A stretch of DNA of 64,000 nt. Source: Raillietiella orientalis (taxonomy: Eukaryota). The notes beneath the pieces are model-generated. The model saw only the letters and a list, made by a program, of their open reading frames with translations, did no database searches and was not told the DNA's origin. This document shows positions 1-13,041 of the stretch, in pieces. The first letter of the stretch is position 1; every line of letters starts with the position of its first letter. A program made the translations under genes and the position numbers. Location of the stretch: assembly GCA_036172245.1 (NCBI GenBank), contig JAYWIR010000031.1:620001-684000 (forward strand), written 5' to 3'.

Positions 1-910
1 CGATGGTCGACCGATTGTCGGAAACGCATGCCGGATTCGTGCGCACTCAAGGGCTCCCTTCTTCCGCGTCCTGAGAGGAGACTTCCAGGTGGAGCACCCC
101 GCTAGCCCGCAATCATTCACCGGAAAGCCTGGAGGAAGCGCGGCACCCGCCGTTAGCGGTGCCAACTCTCCCGAGGGAAGGCACTCCAGATCCCATGCGG
201 ATCGGGATGGCGCGGAACTTGCCGACGCCTCGGATGGAAAGTCAGACGCCCGTGGATCCGCGCCAACGGTCGCTGCACGAGGAGAGATTCCGTTGAGTTT
301 CGCCTTCTCGTCCATCTTCCAGTTTCCAACGTCCTGGTCGCTACCTCTGCTCCATAAGTTTTGCAAGCCTGGAAAGAAATCTCCCCGACCCAGCAGGGCT
401 CTTGCAAGAGGCTCGGATGAAACTCCACCCCTGGAGGTGGTGGGGTCTGAGAGTCGAGACCACCGAATGAGTTTCTGCCAACCAATCCTGGGGACTGAGG
501 ACTCCTGTTTCTTGAAGAGGATTCCTCTGACCATCTTTCTTCCCGCCTCCTGCAGCTCCTGAGGGCATCTTCCTCCTCTTCGACGATTCTGCTTGCTGGA
601 CACGTGCCGAACGCACCTCTGCTTCAAGAGCTCGCTTCGCAAGACCTTGGCAAAGAAGCATCCCGTCTACATGTCCCACGAGCGTGACGAGCGAAGCGGT
701 GCTAAGGAACGGCGTTCCTGAAGACACGGTTCCTTCCTGCCACGAGAACCATGAACGCCAGGAGTGTTCCAGAAGCTTCTCTGCACGACCTTTCTCAAAG
801 AAATGAAATGCAGTGGCGTCGTAGCCAAAGCCGCAGGGATACAAGCTGTCCTCCAAGTATTTTACCGAAGCTTTCTAAAGTGGACCACGCTGCGGACGCC
901 TTCAAGATGT
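1..910 (-). mobile_element. Degenerate L1/Tx1-like non-LTR retrotransposon ORF2 fragment (RT C-terminal half and downstream region), running off the window start
   Basis: Minus-strand translations give, in order: a frameshifted EGV(R)QRGPL at ~880-905 (cf. GVRQGxPL), FGYDATAF at ~810-835 (decayed FADD motif), then ELQEAGRKMVRGILFKKQESSVPRIGWQKL..SRGG (cf. the post-RT FxW..RIxWxxL..GG segment). GC-rich versus flanks; stops and frameshifts present. Confidence 0.55.
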
Positions 911-3900
911 TGCTATGATGCTGTGGCTTTCCTTGGACTGCGCTCTCTCGAATTGCTGTGGGTTCTTCCTCCACCGAGGCTCACGCTGCCTTCGTGATAC
1001 TCTGTCCTGAGGCGTGAAGGACGAGCAGCGCAGACTGCCCATCGGCTGGAGTGGCAGGAAATTTGGAAGACCTGGAATTTACAAGTGCCACAAAAGGTCC
1101 TCTGGAGCTCCTGAATACTCTGAGAAAATGGGCTGTTGCGATCCTCAACACTCGCCGACATCCACAGTGTCCGCCTATGTCAGCCGCTGCAGTTGAAACC
1201 AACCTGATCCCGAATAAAAATTGATCTGGGTGAAAAGTCCCGGATTAAAGATGGCGCAAGAACACCCTAACTGGCTACGTGGGTGCGCGAAGATTTCCGC
1301 GATGTCGGCACAAAATAGCGGCAGACCTTTCATCTGATGAGCCGCTTGTCTGAAGTTGCACCGGTAGGTCCTTGATATCACCGAGAAGATGAAGCGACAG
1401 ATCCCCCAACAAGTTTTTCGTCAGCAGAAGTCACAAGTCCAGCAACTTTTCCACCTCTCGTTCCAGCTTGCTGCCCCCTAGGTGCAGAAATGGCAACCAA
1501 ACATCATTGCTGAGCTTCCTAAGAAATGAAACGTAGCTGAGTTACTAGAGATGGCTGCAGTGTATCGTGGCAAACTCTTTCAGGAGCCCGTCGGCCGCTC
1601 TTCAACGAAATATTTTAGTGTGCATTTTGAAGAGTCTTCCGATACATGTTTTTCCATAGGAATGGCTATCAATGGCTTTTTTAGTCTCGAACGCAGCTTC
1701 CTTCTCCAGAAGATGCGACTATTGGCCTTCGCGAGTTTCTCTGTACGGAGATTCAGTTTCCTTTTCCTTTTGATATCCCTGGTTCATTCTTCACCTACGT
1801 GATGAGTCCTGCCTAACTTTCACTGCTGCCATTTTTTGCATGAGAACTTTTTCTGCCCATTTCAGTAGACAGCATTACGAGGGAAAGAATAACCCACCGG
1901 AAAACTTTGTGAGGTCAAAACACCACACCGTCTTTGGAGCTTTCATGACTGAGAAAGTCGTGAAAGCTCCAAAACAACAAAGTCAAAACAACGGCCTAAA
2001 GACAGACTCTCAAAAGACACAGACGAGTGGCTTATGCCATGAGTTGACACGGAGCATTTCACTGCTGTTTCAGCGACGCCATTCGCCAACGGCTCCAAAA
2101 ATTGCCTTTCTAAATATACTCTCTTAGCGTTCTTGCTTTTCCTAGTTGATATGCTCTTTGAACAGAGACTAAGGATTCATACTGCATACCCTCTTCTGGT
2201 GTTGTCCATGCCCTCGTTGGCCTTTGGAAATTGAGTCTTCTTTGTCTCTGATCTGTGGCTTTCCGCTTCATCTTTTCAAGAGGACATGCCATTAGGAAGC
2301 AGACGACCAGCAATCGCGAATGGTGCTGTTGATCTCTTGATGGAATGCCTCGCCTACTACTTCTTATTTGACTTTTGTATCAACAGGTGGCTCAAGGACG
2401 AGATTTAATAGGAGAAGGAATAAAGAACGGATCTGCCGTTCATCGCCAAGAAGGATGCGGTTATGAATTTCCCATGAAATCACAGGTTAATATGAACACC
2501 ACTCCCGAACTGCACCACCACTTCCTCGTAAATCAAATGGGAACGTTCTCCATTACGCATCTCAGAGAGTGCACTCGTCCATTTCGCGATCTTTCGGGAA
2601 CGTTTCTTGCTCTTCCAATCCGTCATTCCGCAACAAGTCTCAGAAATCAGCTTTCCAGCTTTTGGTTTAAAATTTCAGTATTCTTGGAGCTGCTTTGCCG
2701 CTACCGAGTCAATGTCTTCCTAATTCTCATCGAGATCTCCGTAGCAACGAATACAAAGGACCCACGCACATCCGAAGCTACAGCTGGATCGATAAGTTCT
2801 CTCCTCCCCGCATAAAAGCAACCAAGGTTACTTCCTAGGTGAAGTGAAAGCATACAGATGTTTTGAAACACGAACAGGAGGACGCGTAGAATTTGCAGGA
2901 ATGTTAACTGTTTGCAAAACGTGCTTGCAGTTCTCGCTTTGGCTCCTAGAGTGCTCTGCTTTCCGAGCCGGAAATTGTTCCTCCTGTTCGGTCCGCAGCA
3001 AGTGGATGGGAGAGAATAGCTTGCTCATCTGAAATGATGTCGCAGTCACTAAACTCCATCAGGAGCTTAAGGGAACAAGCCGAAATTCGAAGAAAATCCA
3101 TACTAAAAATTGGCACTGTTTCATCATCAAGTATCACGTAGCTAACGTGAAACATGAATGCTGGATGTGGAACAAGGATGCGTGAATCAGTGCGCAAAGG
3201 AACTTCCAGTGACACATTCAAATCCCAAATCCACATGGACTAAAAAGTTGGCTTACGAGTAGTACGACAGCAACGGCATGAAATGATGCAATGATCCCGG
3301 AAAAATGATGTACAAAATGGAGGAAAAAATTTCATTTTATTTTTTGCAGAATATAAAGGAATTCGAAAGATGAAGGAATCGTGGAAAGGCGAGTATAGAA
3401 AGAACAAAACATAATTCTTGGCTCAAAACTTCAGATGCTAATCATTGGGGTAACTGCTATCCTTAGACGAAAAAAAACAGAGAGAAACAGAAGAGCTGTG
3501 AGGTGGTGGCGATTGAAAAAACACTCGCAAAAGGTAAGTCTCAGAAAGAAGGAAAGGTAAATGAAACTCTTCACAGGTATGAAAAAATATGTGAGTGAGA
3601 GTCAGAGGTCCAGGGTTGCAAGACAAATCCTGACTCTTCATGGGCTAAGAATGCCATGGGTCTGTTTCAAACTTTTTGCCAGAGATGCAACGCCAAAGCA
3701 CAAATGCCATCATCACACAGAGGCGATGCCAGACCTCATCTGGAGATGTAGAATTGTGATAGGGATGCACTGCACATCCGACTGCAAGTATAATTGTGCC
3801 ACTGATGCGTACAATTCCTCGCACCCGAAAAATGTCGTCCCTGCTTTCAAAATTAGGTTCTATAAAGACGGTGAAGGTGAAGATTTTTCCTTACACACTG

Positions 3901-6106
3901 GCTCTCTGGGAAATAGAGGTTTCTTGCCTCCTTCGAAGCTGTTATTTTAGAACAATAACGTATACACGAATTTCTTAGCGAGGATTCATATATAATAGAT
4001 CTGGCAGCTTATGAAAAGTCAAAACTTTCCAAAATCATCTCACTGAAAGAAAACGATTTTTTCGGAGATTTGTTACGAATGCATCCGAATGCCTTGCAAT
4101 GCTCCAGCACGGCAACTTTGAAGCATGCTTTGATAAGTTTGTAGTTATTTTTCCCTCTTAGCAATTTTTAGTTCCGGTTCAGTTTGTATCCCTCACGGTA
4201 GAACAGGCTGTTGTCATTTCGTCTTTCTAACGAATGGACCTCACATACTGATCATTCATCCTGTTGAGTATACTGCTCTTTAGGAAGGGGTCTGTTTCTT
4301 CCGATGAACCATAGCTTGTTGCTGGTCAGGAAATGGCTGAAACTATTAGCTGGTAAACGCAAGAAAGAGCACATTTGCCAATCTGAGAACCGACTGGAAA
4401 TTGGCATCTTTTATTCTGTCGAGCTGAGCACGATGAAAGCGAACGATCACGGTGATATAGAAACCATGGTGACAACCTATACCCAATTGAACCGATTCCA
4501 AATCCTAGATCTTGCTTCATTTCTGCTAGAGTGTGATCTGCCAGGATTCAAAAGAAGAAGGGTGAGCGTAATAGGAGCGCTGAATGCGCTAATCTAATTG
4601 TAGGGAAACCTTTTAATTGACCAGAGGACCCCTACTTATTAGAGTACTACTACAGGGTCCTTGAACCAACATCCCAAGGTGCAGAAGCCCACAGTTCCTC
4701 CGATGCTCTACATTTCTACACGGAATTCAAATCCGATTTCGCATGGCCCCCCTTTAATTGAGTTTCCTTGCGAATTCACAGGAATCGAGTCAAAGTCCGT
4801 TTTGTCCGTGGGTCCAAGAGATCCTCACCTCCTACGTTACAAATCGCAGTACCTGCAAATGCCGCTCTTTTGTTCGCATGCAGGGAAACCAGTCAGAAAA
4901 GAGGAAAGGAATCGATGGTAACAGGGTTTAGTAAAACCGCGGCATCAAAATAAGGAGATTAAGAGGGAAAAAAAGCACTGTAGGAATTCTGGAGCGCGTT
5001 CGGACTGGATTCTTCGCTTGGAATTCTTCGCTTTTTCTGGAGCAGCGGCGTGGAAATCTCGCAAATTTTTCTCAGCAAAAAAGGGTCATTTTTGAAAACC
5101 CATTTGTTATGCATATTGGAATATGCTTGCTGGGTACACTTTACCTGGTGGTGTGGTTTGACCTTTCGTGGACCTTTCATGCAAACATATGCAACATCTC
5201 CTTTATTTTCAACAAGGGACTGAAATAGAGAAACAAACAAACAAACTTTGTTAAGCGGTCAAAGAATTCTAAACGATGAAAAGAAAATGTTGCTGTGCCA
5301 TCATGAGTTTAATTGCTGTTTTCCCAGCAATTTCTGAGTAATAAGAGAACCTTCAACAAGAAATTGTTTAAGATAAGATACAGAAGGTGAAAAGCTTTAA
5401 GATACAAAAAATAAAAACGGCATAGGATGCATCCGGCATTCCTGATGAATTAAAGCAAATAACCTCAGAGAATGCCCTCATTCCTTTGTGGTCGATGTCG
5501 ACGAAATTAAGTGATAATCTGACTCCAAGTGAAACGGTGAGAGCCTGCATTTAACTTTTTTGCTTCACTCATGGTTTTGCTGGTTAACGATCGCTGCAGT
5601 GGGCACTTTTTTTGCTCTTGAGCTTCTAAGAAATCTAGAACGAAAGTAGAAAACTTGATGAGGGAAATTCTCATTTCCTTAATTTCTCTCTTTTTTTTCT
5701 TTTTGGATTTTTCTATTTGATTTTTAGCTGCAACATGCCATTGAGGGTGATTTATATTTTGAGTATTTGAGAATGCCTAATGACAATGTGCGACGAAAGT
5801 CATGTGAGTCATCCGGATGACTGCCATGTAATTACTGACCAATTCATTTTGAAGGCTGCTTTTTATGGGTGGAATTTGAACATGCGATCCCCATCAAACA
5901 CATAATTTTCCAGAAAAGTTATGCTGAAGGAAAAAATAAACATAAAACTCCACCCGATCTTTTAATCACCAGCACCCTCTGCTTTGGGAAGATCCAATGG
6001 AAAACGATTCTCGCTGCCATGCAGGTCAAAGTGACCTGGAAGAGTGACCTGAATCAGAAGTCTGCGGAGGAAAGCAAAATGGAGAGAAACAAAGAAATGG
6101 CGCGTA

Positions 6107-6270
6107 CCATGTAGATTTGAGTTTCGGAAACTGGAGCATTTCTTGCTGGACGTTCTTCCAGCAAATGGTTCTCGATGACGCGATTGGCACGATTCTGTTG
6201 CCATTTGCTGAGAACGCTACCCAAATCGACTCTCTGAGACGAGCCTGCCAGCTCTCTTTGACTTCCTTTA
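6107..6270. repeat. Diverged local direct repeat, copy 1 (copy 2 at ~6853-7025)
   Basis: gcatttcttgctggacgttcttccagcaaa...gacgagcctgccagctctctttgacttcctt aligns with gcatctcttgctgcaacgttcttccagcaaa...gacgagcctaccggctctctttgatttcctt. Confidence 0.8.
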
Positions 6271-6852
6271 GTAAACTCTGCAGAGTTTACCGCATTCCTC
6301 GTGAACCCGACTGCAAACCATCGCACTGCTTGCTTCTAGCTGGCGATGATGACTCCTAATTTAAGGGAGTTCATTTTCACGATCAAGATGGATGCGGCAG
6401 TTTATTCTAGGCACAGTGTTCTCATTCTAAATGAGCTCTTCATATAAACAAGAAAACTTCCAAGGCCTCCCGAAATTTTAATTAAGTGCACCCGACCCCC
6501 TACGCGAGTATTCGCTCAACTACGGTTGCGGGAACGCATTCTCAAATGCCAAACTTAATAATTCATAAAATGCCGTCCCTCCCTTCCTTAAGACGACTGC
6601 GCCACGTTACGAATGCCTTCGAAATCACAGTATTCTCAGTTTCCTCACCGTCAGCAGGCTGCGATGTGGAACAGAATGCGCTGGAATGGCGGGTCCGATA
6701 CACATAGAATATCAGGGAGTCACTTTGTTCTCGAAACAACTCTGCAATTCGTTTTCAATCACAACAAACGGCGCCATTCCTTTATCTTGAAGCTTTCTCT
6801 TCATGGATCAGGCCTGGCTGAAAAGACGCTGCAGGGATGCAGCGGACCAGTT

Positions 6853-7025
6853 CCATGATGTGGAAGTTTTACAAACCGGTGCATCTCTTGCTGCAACGTT
6901 CTTCCAGCAAACGCGTTCCGATGAAGCGACTGGCACCACTCCGTTGTCTCTGAGTCACTGAGAACTCTATTCAAATCGACATGACGACTCTGGGACGAGC
7001 CTACCGGCTCTCTTTGATTTCCTTC
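6853..7025. repeat. Diverged local direct repeat, copy 2 (copy 1 at ~6107-6270)
   Basis: Same by-eye alignment as copy 1. Confidence 0.8.
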
Positions 7026-9199
7026 CGAGTACTTTTGAAAATCTGAACTGGATTCGAAGCGGTCGGAATCTCAGATCTCGGCAAATGTTGAGGAAAACCT
7101 TCGAGACGAGGATGGCAGTTCCTCCAGATCGAGGTAACTCCTGATACAGCCACAGCCTTCCTTGAACCCTGACCCGATTCAATTTTCTTGCAGTCTGCTT
7201 ATTTTTGCTAGTGAGATGCCATGCTCTAACCAGTGTTTGCTGTTAATGCTTTCCATGCTTCATGGACTAGTCAGAATTTAGATGAATGGCTACCCTAGAA
7301 ACGGAAAGGGAAAAAGAAAAAAAAACGACAAATCTCGATGCCTTTTCACAAATATAAATAAAACTAAGGAAACAATCTTGTTTCTCCATACATTGGAACA
7401 TCCGAGACGAAAGATGCGTAGGCAGCTTGGCGATGGTGCACAAATAAGATGCGAAACCGAAGCTTCTAGGAATCAGTTCAAGTCTCATTAATGAAAACAA
7501 GGGAAGTTTCCTTTAACGCTCCAGGTGAACTTCCGCTCCCGAAGTGGTCATTCTGTAATCTCAGTGTACCTGATTCAATCTCCAAATTCTCTTTCTCCGA
7601 CATGAGACAGCAAAAGGACCTCGAAAACCATCCGAACCTACAAGACTTCATTGCAGTCTGTAGAGACTGTCACCGATGAATCAACTTCTCTTGGCAGCTG
7701 GAAGCCTGCTTTCCGAATCCCAGTTTTTCGCTTTTCATTTTAGATGCTAAATTTTGATGTATTCCTATTTTAGGAGTTTTCGATGATGAACATTCCCTTT
7801 GCCTCCGATTCCAATCTTTCCTTTAGTTACTCACATATCGGAGAATGGCAATTATTTGTAACAAAGCCATAATTTCCGAGCGATAATTTGCAGCAAAGAC
7901 TGATGTGAAGATAAATTACATCCAGTCAAGCATAAGCATTCCGGTGGTCCTCCTCTTGAGAACTTTTGTTTGCTTGTTGTCTTCTTGTGATCTTTGAGAA
8001 TCCGCAAATTTTTTCTTCCTTAAAAAAAAAAAAAAATCCCAAAGGGTTTTCTCCGTGTTTCAAAGTTTGGTGAAATGTGAGCTGATGACAGAATACTCGA
8101 AGCGAAGACTTACAGAATCCAAGAACTTCGACGACGGTACGGGACACAAACGAATGTACCCAGATGAGATGGGGAACTAAAAGTAGGAAGAAAGTTCAGA
8201 ATGCCCATGCACTGAGGTAAAGTTATGGAATCCTTTTTGCTGTGTTCATCAGGAATAGATGTTCATGATATCCTTGTAACTGGAGGGCAGATACTTCCGA
8301 GACTTCTTTCTAAAGCACTGAAGGAAGGAGTCAAGAAGACTTTTGCTCAACAACGGAACAATGGCAGGGAAGAGTTTCAGAAATTTCTCTGTGGAGCTTG
8401 CTACTTCTTTAGATAAAGGAACGCTTTCTAGTCCAGTCTATTTTGAGCCCCATTCTAGAGCAAAATAGAGACGAGATTTCGTTCTAAATGCTTTTACGTA
8501 TGCTCTTATGGCTCTGCTCCAAGCAGAAGACCACATACGAGTGAGCATCCCAGAGGCTTGGGAAATTCTGAATGATTCTCTTGTTTAACGGAAGATGAAG
8601 ATGCTAGTTTCGAATCCATTTGATCCCTGGATGTACTCCAGGATAAATTTCCAAAGGAAGGAAGATTCCCTTCTAATGTTTCGGAGTTTTGCTCTGCTAA
8701 AATGCGAATGGCTGTTTCAAAAGTCTGCGACGAAAGAGCTCATCTGATGGAACAGGTGGCTAAGAGGAGGAGGGAAGCTGGTCTGATCTTTGTAGAGCAC
8801 CCTGGGTTTGCAGTCATCACCGGCATTCTCCGAACTCTTTTTTTTTTTTTTCTAACAAACTTTCTGGGATGCACCATTTCCGATGAAAGTGATCCTCTTG
8901 ATCTGGTGACCGGCGTGGAAGAATGGGAAAAGGAAAAAAAACAAGAAAAAGCTCCAGAAATTCGCATCCCGTTTTCCCAGCACAATTTGGATTCCCATCT
9001 TGAAAAGTGGATGCCAGAACTGAGTACTTTCCAAATTATGGGACAGTATAAGAATCGCAATGCAGTACTCTCTTCAAATCATTAGCTATCTTGCGCCCTC
9101 AATGGCTTCTGCATCTCTCTCGATCTCGTGTCCTCGGACACACTGAGCTCCTTCAAGTTCAGATCCATGCAGAGAGTGTTAGCCTATTGCTTTAATTAA

Positions 9200-9660
9200 T
9201 TCCCTCGTCGGGGCGCTCGTCCCAGTGACATTTCGGTGGGTAGGTCCAGCGTGCCCATGGGATTCAGAGGACTGGGAAGATTGGATGAGGACTCGGAGTC
9301 ACCTGTCCAGCTTGAAGGCACGAGATTTGGTTTCGACTCCAGAGGGAGCACCCAAGCGTGGAGGCTTGGCCTGTAACGAGGAGACATTTGGTGGAATTTC
9401 GAGGGAGAAGAGCCCAGAACCCAGTTGCCCGCCCAGCGAGGCAGACGGGCAAGTCGGATTCGTCCCCGGAAGAATCATCCGCTTTTTCTCCGTCCTCTCA
9501 CGTTGGAGGCCGGGATCGCCAGTGATGGGGGTCTGCGATCACAGATCCGCTCACGAACGCACTCTCCTTTCCCCTTTTCCATGTGGCACTGCCCCACAAC
9601 CTTTCCGTCGCTGCTAAAGCTGCGCCCTTCCGAGGATCGTCTTTGATCGGATCCTATTGG
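9200..9660 (+). mobile_element. Degenerate non-LTR retrotransposon RT fragment
   Basis: GC-rich island. ORF 9225..9617 contains ADGQVGFVPGRII (the LINE RT QxGFxxGR motif), followed by VCDHRSAHERT where DxxKAFDxV is expected. Confidence 0.55.
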
Positions 9661-10439
9661 ATGCTGGTTTCGTACGAAAAGCATCACCTTGGAAATTTTC
9701 TAATGACATGGCGATGGCGATCTCGAAAGCAACAACAACAACCGCGAAGGAGTTTGGATCGCGCCGTCACGTTCCGCTCACGAGACACCGGGACTCCTTT
9801 TGGCTCCTCTTGTTTCCCACCCCGCAACCGGAACCAAGCAACGACAGCAGCCAGCAGCTAGCTGCTTCCCGAATCCAGGCAGCCGAAAACCCTACACTCC
9901 ATTACCGCTCTGAGCGATTCGACAAGTATTGCAATCTCTTCCCATTTTCCTCAGAGGAAGACTTAATTGCTTATTACCGTTTTATCCGCAGACAGCATCC
10001 CAGTTTAATGCGTTCTTTGCACCATTCCCATTTCCATTTCACCTTGCAATAAACACAACGCGGGCGCGAAGTAATCAGGAAGGAATACACGAGCATTCAG
10101 CGATGCCGTAATGTCTGCGAAGAAAACAGCGCATACCATTTTACGATGGTAGGAGACGCTTTAAAACTTTATTATCTCCGGGAACATCGGATCCGTTTTA
10201 TAAAAGGGGATGTATTTTTGAGGATTGCTCGTGCTGAAAGGATCCCATAGGCGCAGTCCCTCTCTGCGAAAATATGCAAGCGAGGGTTGGCTTCATTGGC
10301 TTCTGCCTTCTGCGAGCGTAGGGAGCAATTTGATGGACGCTGATTGTAATCTGTTTCAATGCTTAATCTTTTCCCATTTTCCTTGCTCTTGAACAAATGA
10401 ATAAAAGATTGGCAAGCAAAACGTGGAAGCGATCCCCGT

Positions 10440-10930
10440 CTGTTATTCCCGGCCTATGGACGGCTCGATAAAAACGGAAGTGGACGTTGGCGAAGTCCGT
10501 GGCCGAGATGTTTCCGTGGACCACCACACACGCACACGCACACACACATGATTGCAGAGGATTCCCGAGAAGGAAATCCGCGAATTCGGGAGACGGGCAA
10601 AAGGACGGAGTTTAGACGAAGGAGAGAGGACTTGAAGAAGGAGTGTGAAACTTCGAGGCAGGCAAAAGCCGAAGTCACTGGACGGCGGGGAAGACCGAGC
10701 AGCTCTCAGCATCGGAGCCGGACCAGCCGGGACCCTCGGCTGGGAGAAGCTCCCTTCATTCAGTGACGGAAAATCCCAAACTTTGCAAGAATTCAGGATC
10801 CGAAAGCTCTTCCTCCTCGGTTCACACTTTGGCGTTCCCGCATTGCCCGCGAGCAGGCAGAACGGGGGCGCGGGGCGTGCGCACGAGAGCGCGCAGGGAA
10901 ATGGGGTGAATGCCACGTGCTTACCATCAC
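10440..10930. promoter_or_regulatory. CpG/GC-rich island with GC-box-like sequence and (CA)n tract; possible promoter or 5' exon
   Basis: gggggcgcggggcgtgcgc at ~10864-10882, cacacacgcacacgcacacacac at ~10525-10547, CpG-dense and not matching other repeats in the window. No linked CDS found. Confidence 0.25.
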
Positions 10931-11064
10931 GCGCTCTTCGTGGAGTGGGGGTGGTGCTCTTCGCCAGATGCGTTCGTTACATGCGAACGCTGCTCACTGG
11001 TGAAAAGACTTTCGAGAGGGCGCGAGGATGCTGCAACGGAGCGCTGGAAAGCATTCTCAGTGTA

Positions 11065-11407
11065 CAGCGTGGTACTTGGCGGTGTCAGAACTCATGTCAA
11101 ACTCGGTACTCGTCGCATTTCGACGAGAAAAAAAAAATGTTTCGACACTCGGCGCGTGCTCGGAACTCGACACCCCACTCTCATGATGAAACGAGTGAGC
11201 GCTTCAGTCTCATGGTAGCTCGCGAGCAGTGCCGAACACTTCCGTAGAGTGCCTCCCGAATCGTTCCTTTTTCTGTGCTTCCTGCGCATCTCAACCGTTA
11301 ATCATGGCCCCTAAAATAGGTACATTAAAATTCGCTCGGTACTCATCGGTTTCGGCACTCGTCACGAGTTCTGGAACGAATTACTGACGAGTACCGAAGC
11401 ACCACTG
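11065..11407. mobile_element. Probable MITE / non-autonomous DNA transposon relic
   Basis: Left end ta|CAGCGTGGTACTT. Right end read on the minus strand: ta|CAGTGGTGCTTCGGTACTCGTC. TA flanks both ends. Internal CGG(T/C)ACTC and GAGT(A/G)CC motifs recur in both orientations. Confidence 0.5.
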
Positions 11408-13017
11408 TAATTGGAAATTTTGCATTCATTAACCTCTAATTATTTTAGCATGCACTCTAGTTATATAAATCGTTCTATTTCTTGTTATTCGTGCTTCACT
11501 TACCATGCATATGTCATGCGGCACGATTTATCGTTTCCCCAAAGAGCACCGACAAAGGGTGGGGCCCTCTTGGAGCTCCCGATGTGATTGCTTGTAATTT
11601 TTTATTCCTGGATTAGAAAAACGGCGCGTTTCACCCTGGCTCCTGGATGCGTGCGCCTTTCTTCTTCCTGGAGCCCACCTAGGTGGACAGCAAATAGAAA
11701 ACTCACGTTAGCTTTTGACCGCGACTGCGAGCTGGTCAGCTTCGGTGTTCGGATGCTTTCTCTTTTCATCAGAGAGCTTGCCCGGACACAAAAGATGATT
11801 TGACAAATAGAGTGTGGGCAATCTCAGTTCCAGCTGCGAGCTGCATTCCACAAATGGTGTTATTCACGAATGCTGCGAGAGTATTCGGTGCGTCCGCCAT
11901 TTTGGCATTCGTCCTCTCTGAGTTTGAAATAAATGATGAATGGAGGCAGATTTTATTGAATGGACGCTCCTGTTGGCATAAAAGAGCTGCTATCAGGGGA
12001 AGCTGTTTCGCTGATGTATAAAGGGGAATTCTAAAACTGCTATAATGAACTATGAGAAATTCTCAAAAATAGCAAATTCCAAAATACTTTAAGGCTTCTT
12101 TCGAATCCTTGATGCCTTATTCCTGAAGCTCCGGAGTCCTAGCGACTTTTGTTTTTCAAACAAGACAGGAAATACGTAGTCTTGCGAGATGAGATTTCCG
12201 TGTACGGATACTGGAGTATCCACCGTCTTTGTGGGAATCTTGTTGATAGGTGGCTTGTCTAAGACAGAGCTGGAGGAAAAGTCCTGCTAACCCACAAATT
12301 CTCAGTCGTTCAGATTTCAGTTTTGAAATCCATCATTCGGTTCTCGGATAACGCGGAGTTTACTTCAGGTTTTCGGGAATACAATGAAGATCGACTTTCT
12401 TAGAATGATGTCCTCTGCATTTGCTATCATAGCGTGACATCCTTTTATGGGATCTGTATGATGTTCTTTTTATCCCTTCACACCCTGCTGACTGTAGCTG
12501 ATCGGCGTATGTGATTTCTCATTGATTTTGGACATTTTGTTTTTCGAAGCAGATTCTCAGGGCGTTGAGGTTCGGCTGTTTGAAATTCTTCCCCATTTGT
12601 ATGCTTTATTTATGCAAGTGTTTGCGAACACATTGGACCGTTGGTTTACTTCCTTTGTTCCTACTAATCTTGTGTTCATCTTATCTCTTGTTTTTTTGGT
12701 TCAGGAAATCACGCGAATTCATTGTGGCTCTCCAATAGCACTTTCGCACTTGCTCACTCAGAATAAAAAAAAAATGATTTTTCGAGACTGATGCACCGAA
12801 ACTCTCCTCGTGGAAACACACGCGCGCGCGCGCGCAAAAAAAAAAAAAAGAAAAAAAAAACACCCCCAAAAAAACAGATTTGGAGGAGAGATTCAAGAGC
12901 GATTTATATAGCTTCTGATTCTAAGAGCCCTTCCATCGACTGGAAACCTGCTGGATGCCCCGATAACCGTCGTAAAAATCGGTTCCTCAAGCATCTGCTT
13001 GAGGTAGGTTTCCTTTT

Positions 13018-13041
13018 TTCTTCTTCTTCTTCTTCTTCTTC
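13018..13041. repeat. (TTC)8 microsatellite
   Basis: Read directly from the sequence. Confidence 0.9.

Noticed and set aside
3640..3845. Tetraspanin-like ISGTIILAVGCAV after a minus-strand acceptor
   Set aside because: One hydrophobic stretch followed by a stop; no further tetraspanin exons found.
4600..4770. Possible MITE with agggaaac..ttaa ends
   Set aside because: Inverted match too short and degenerate; no clear TSD.
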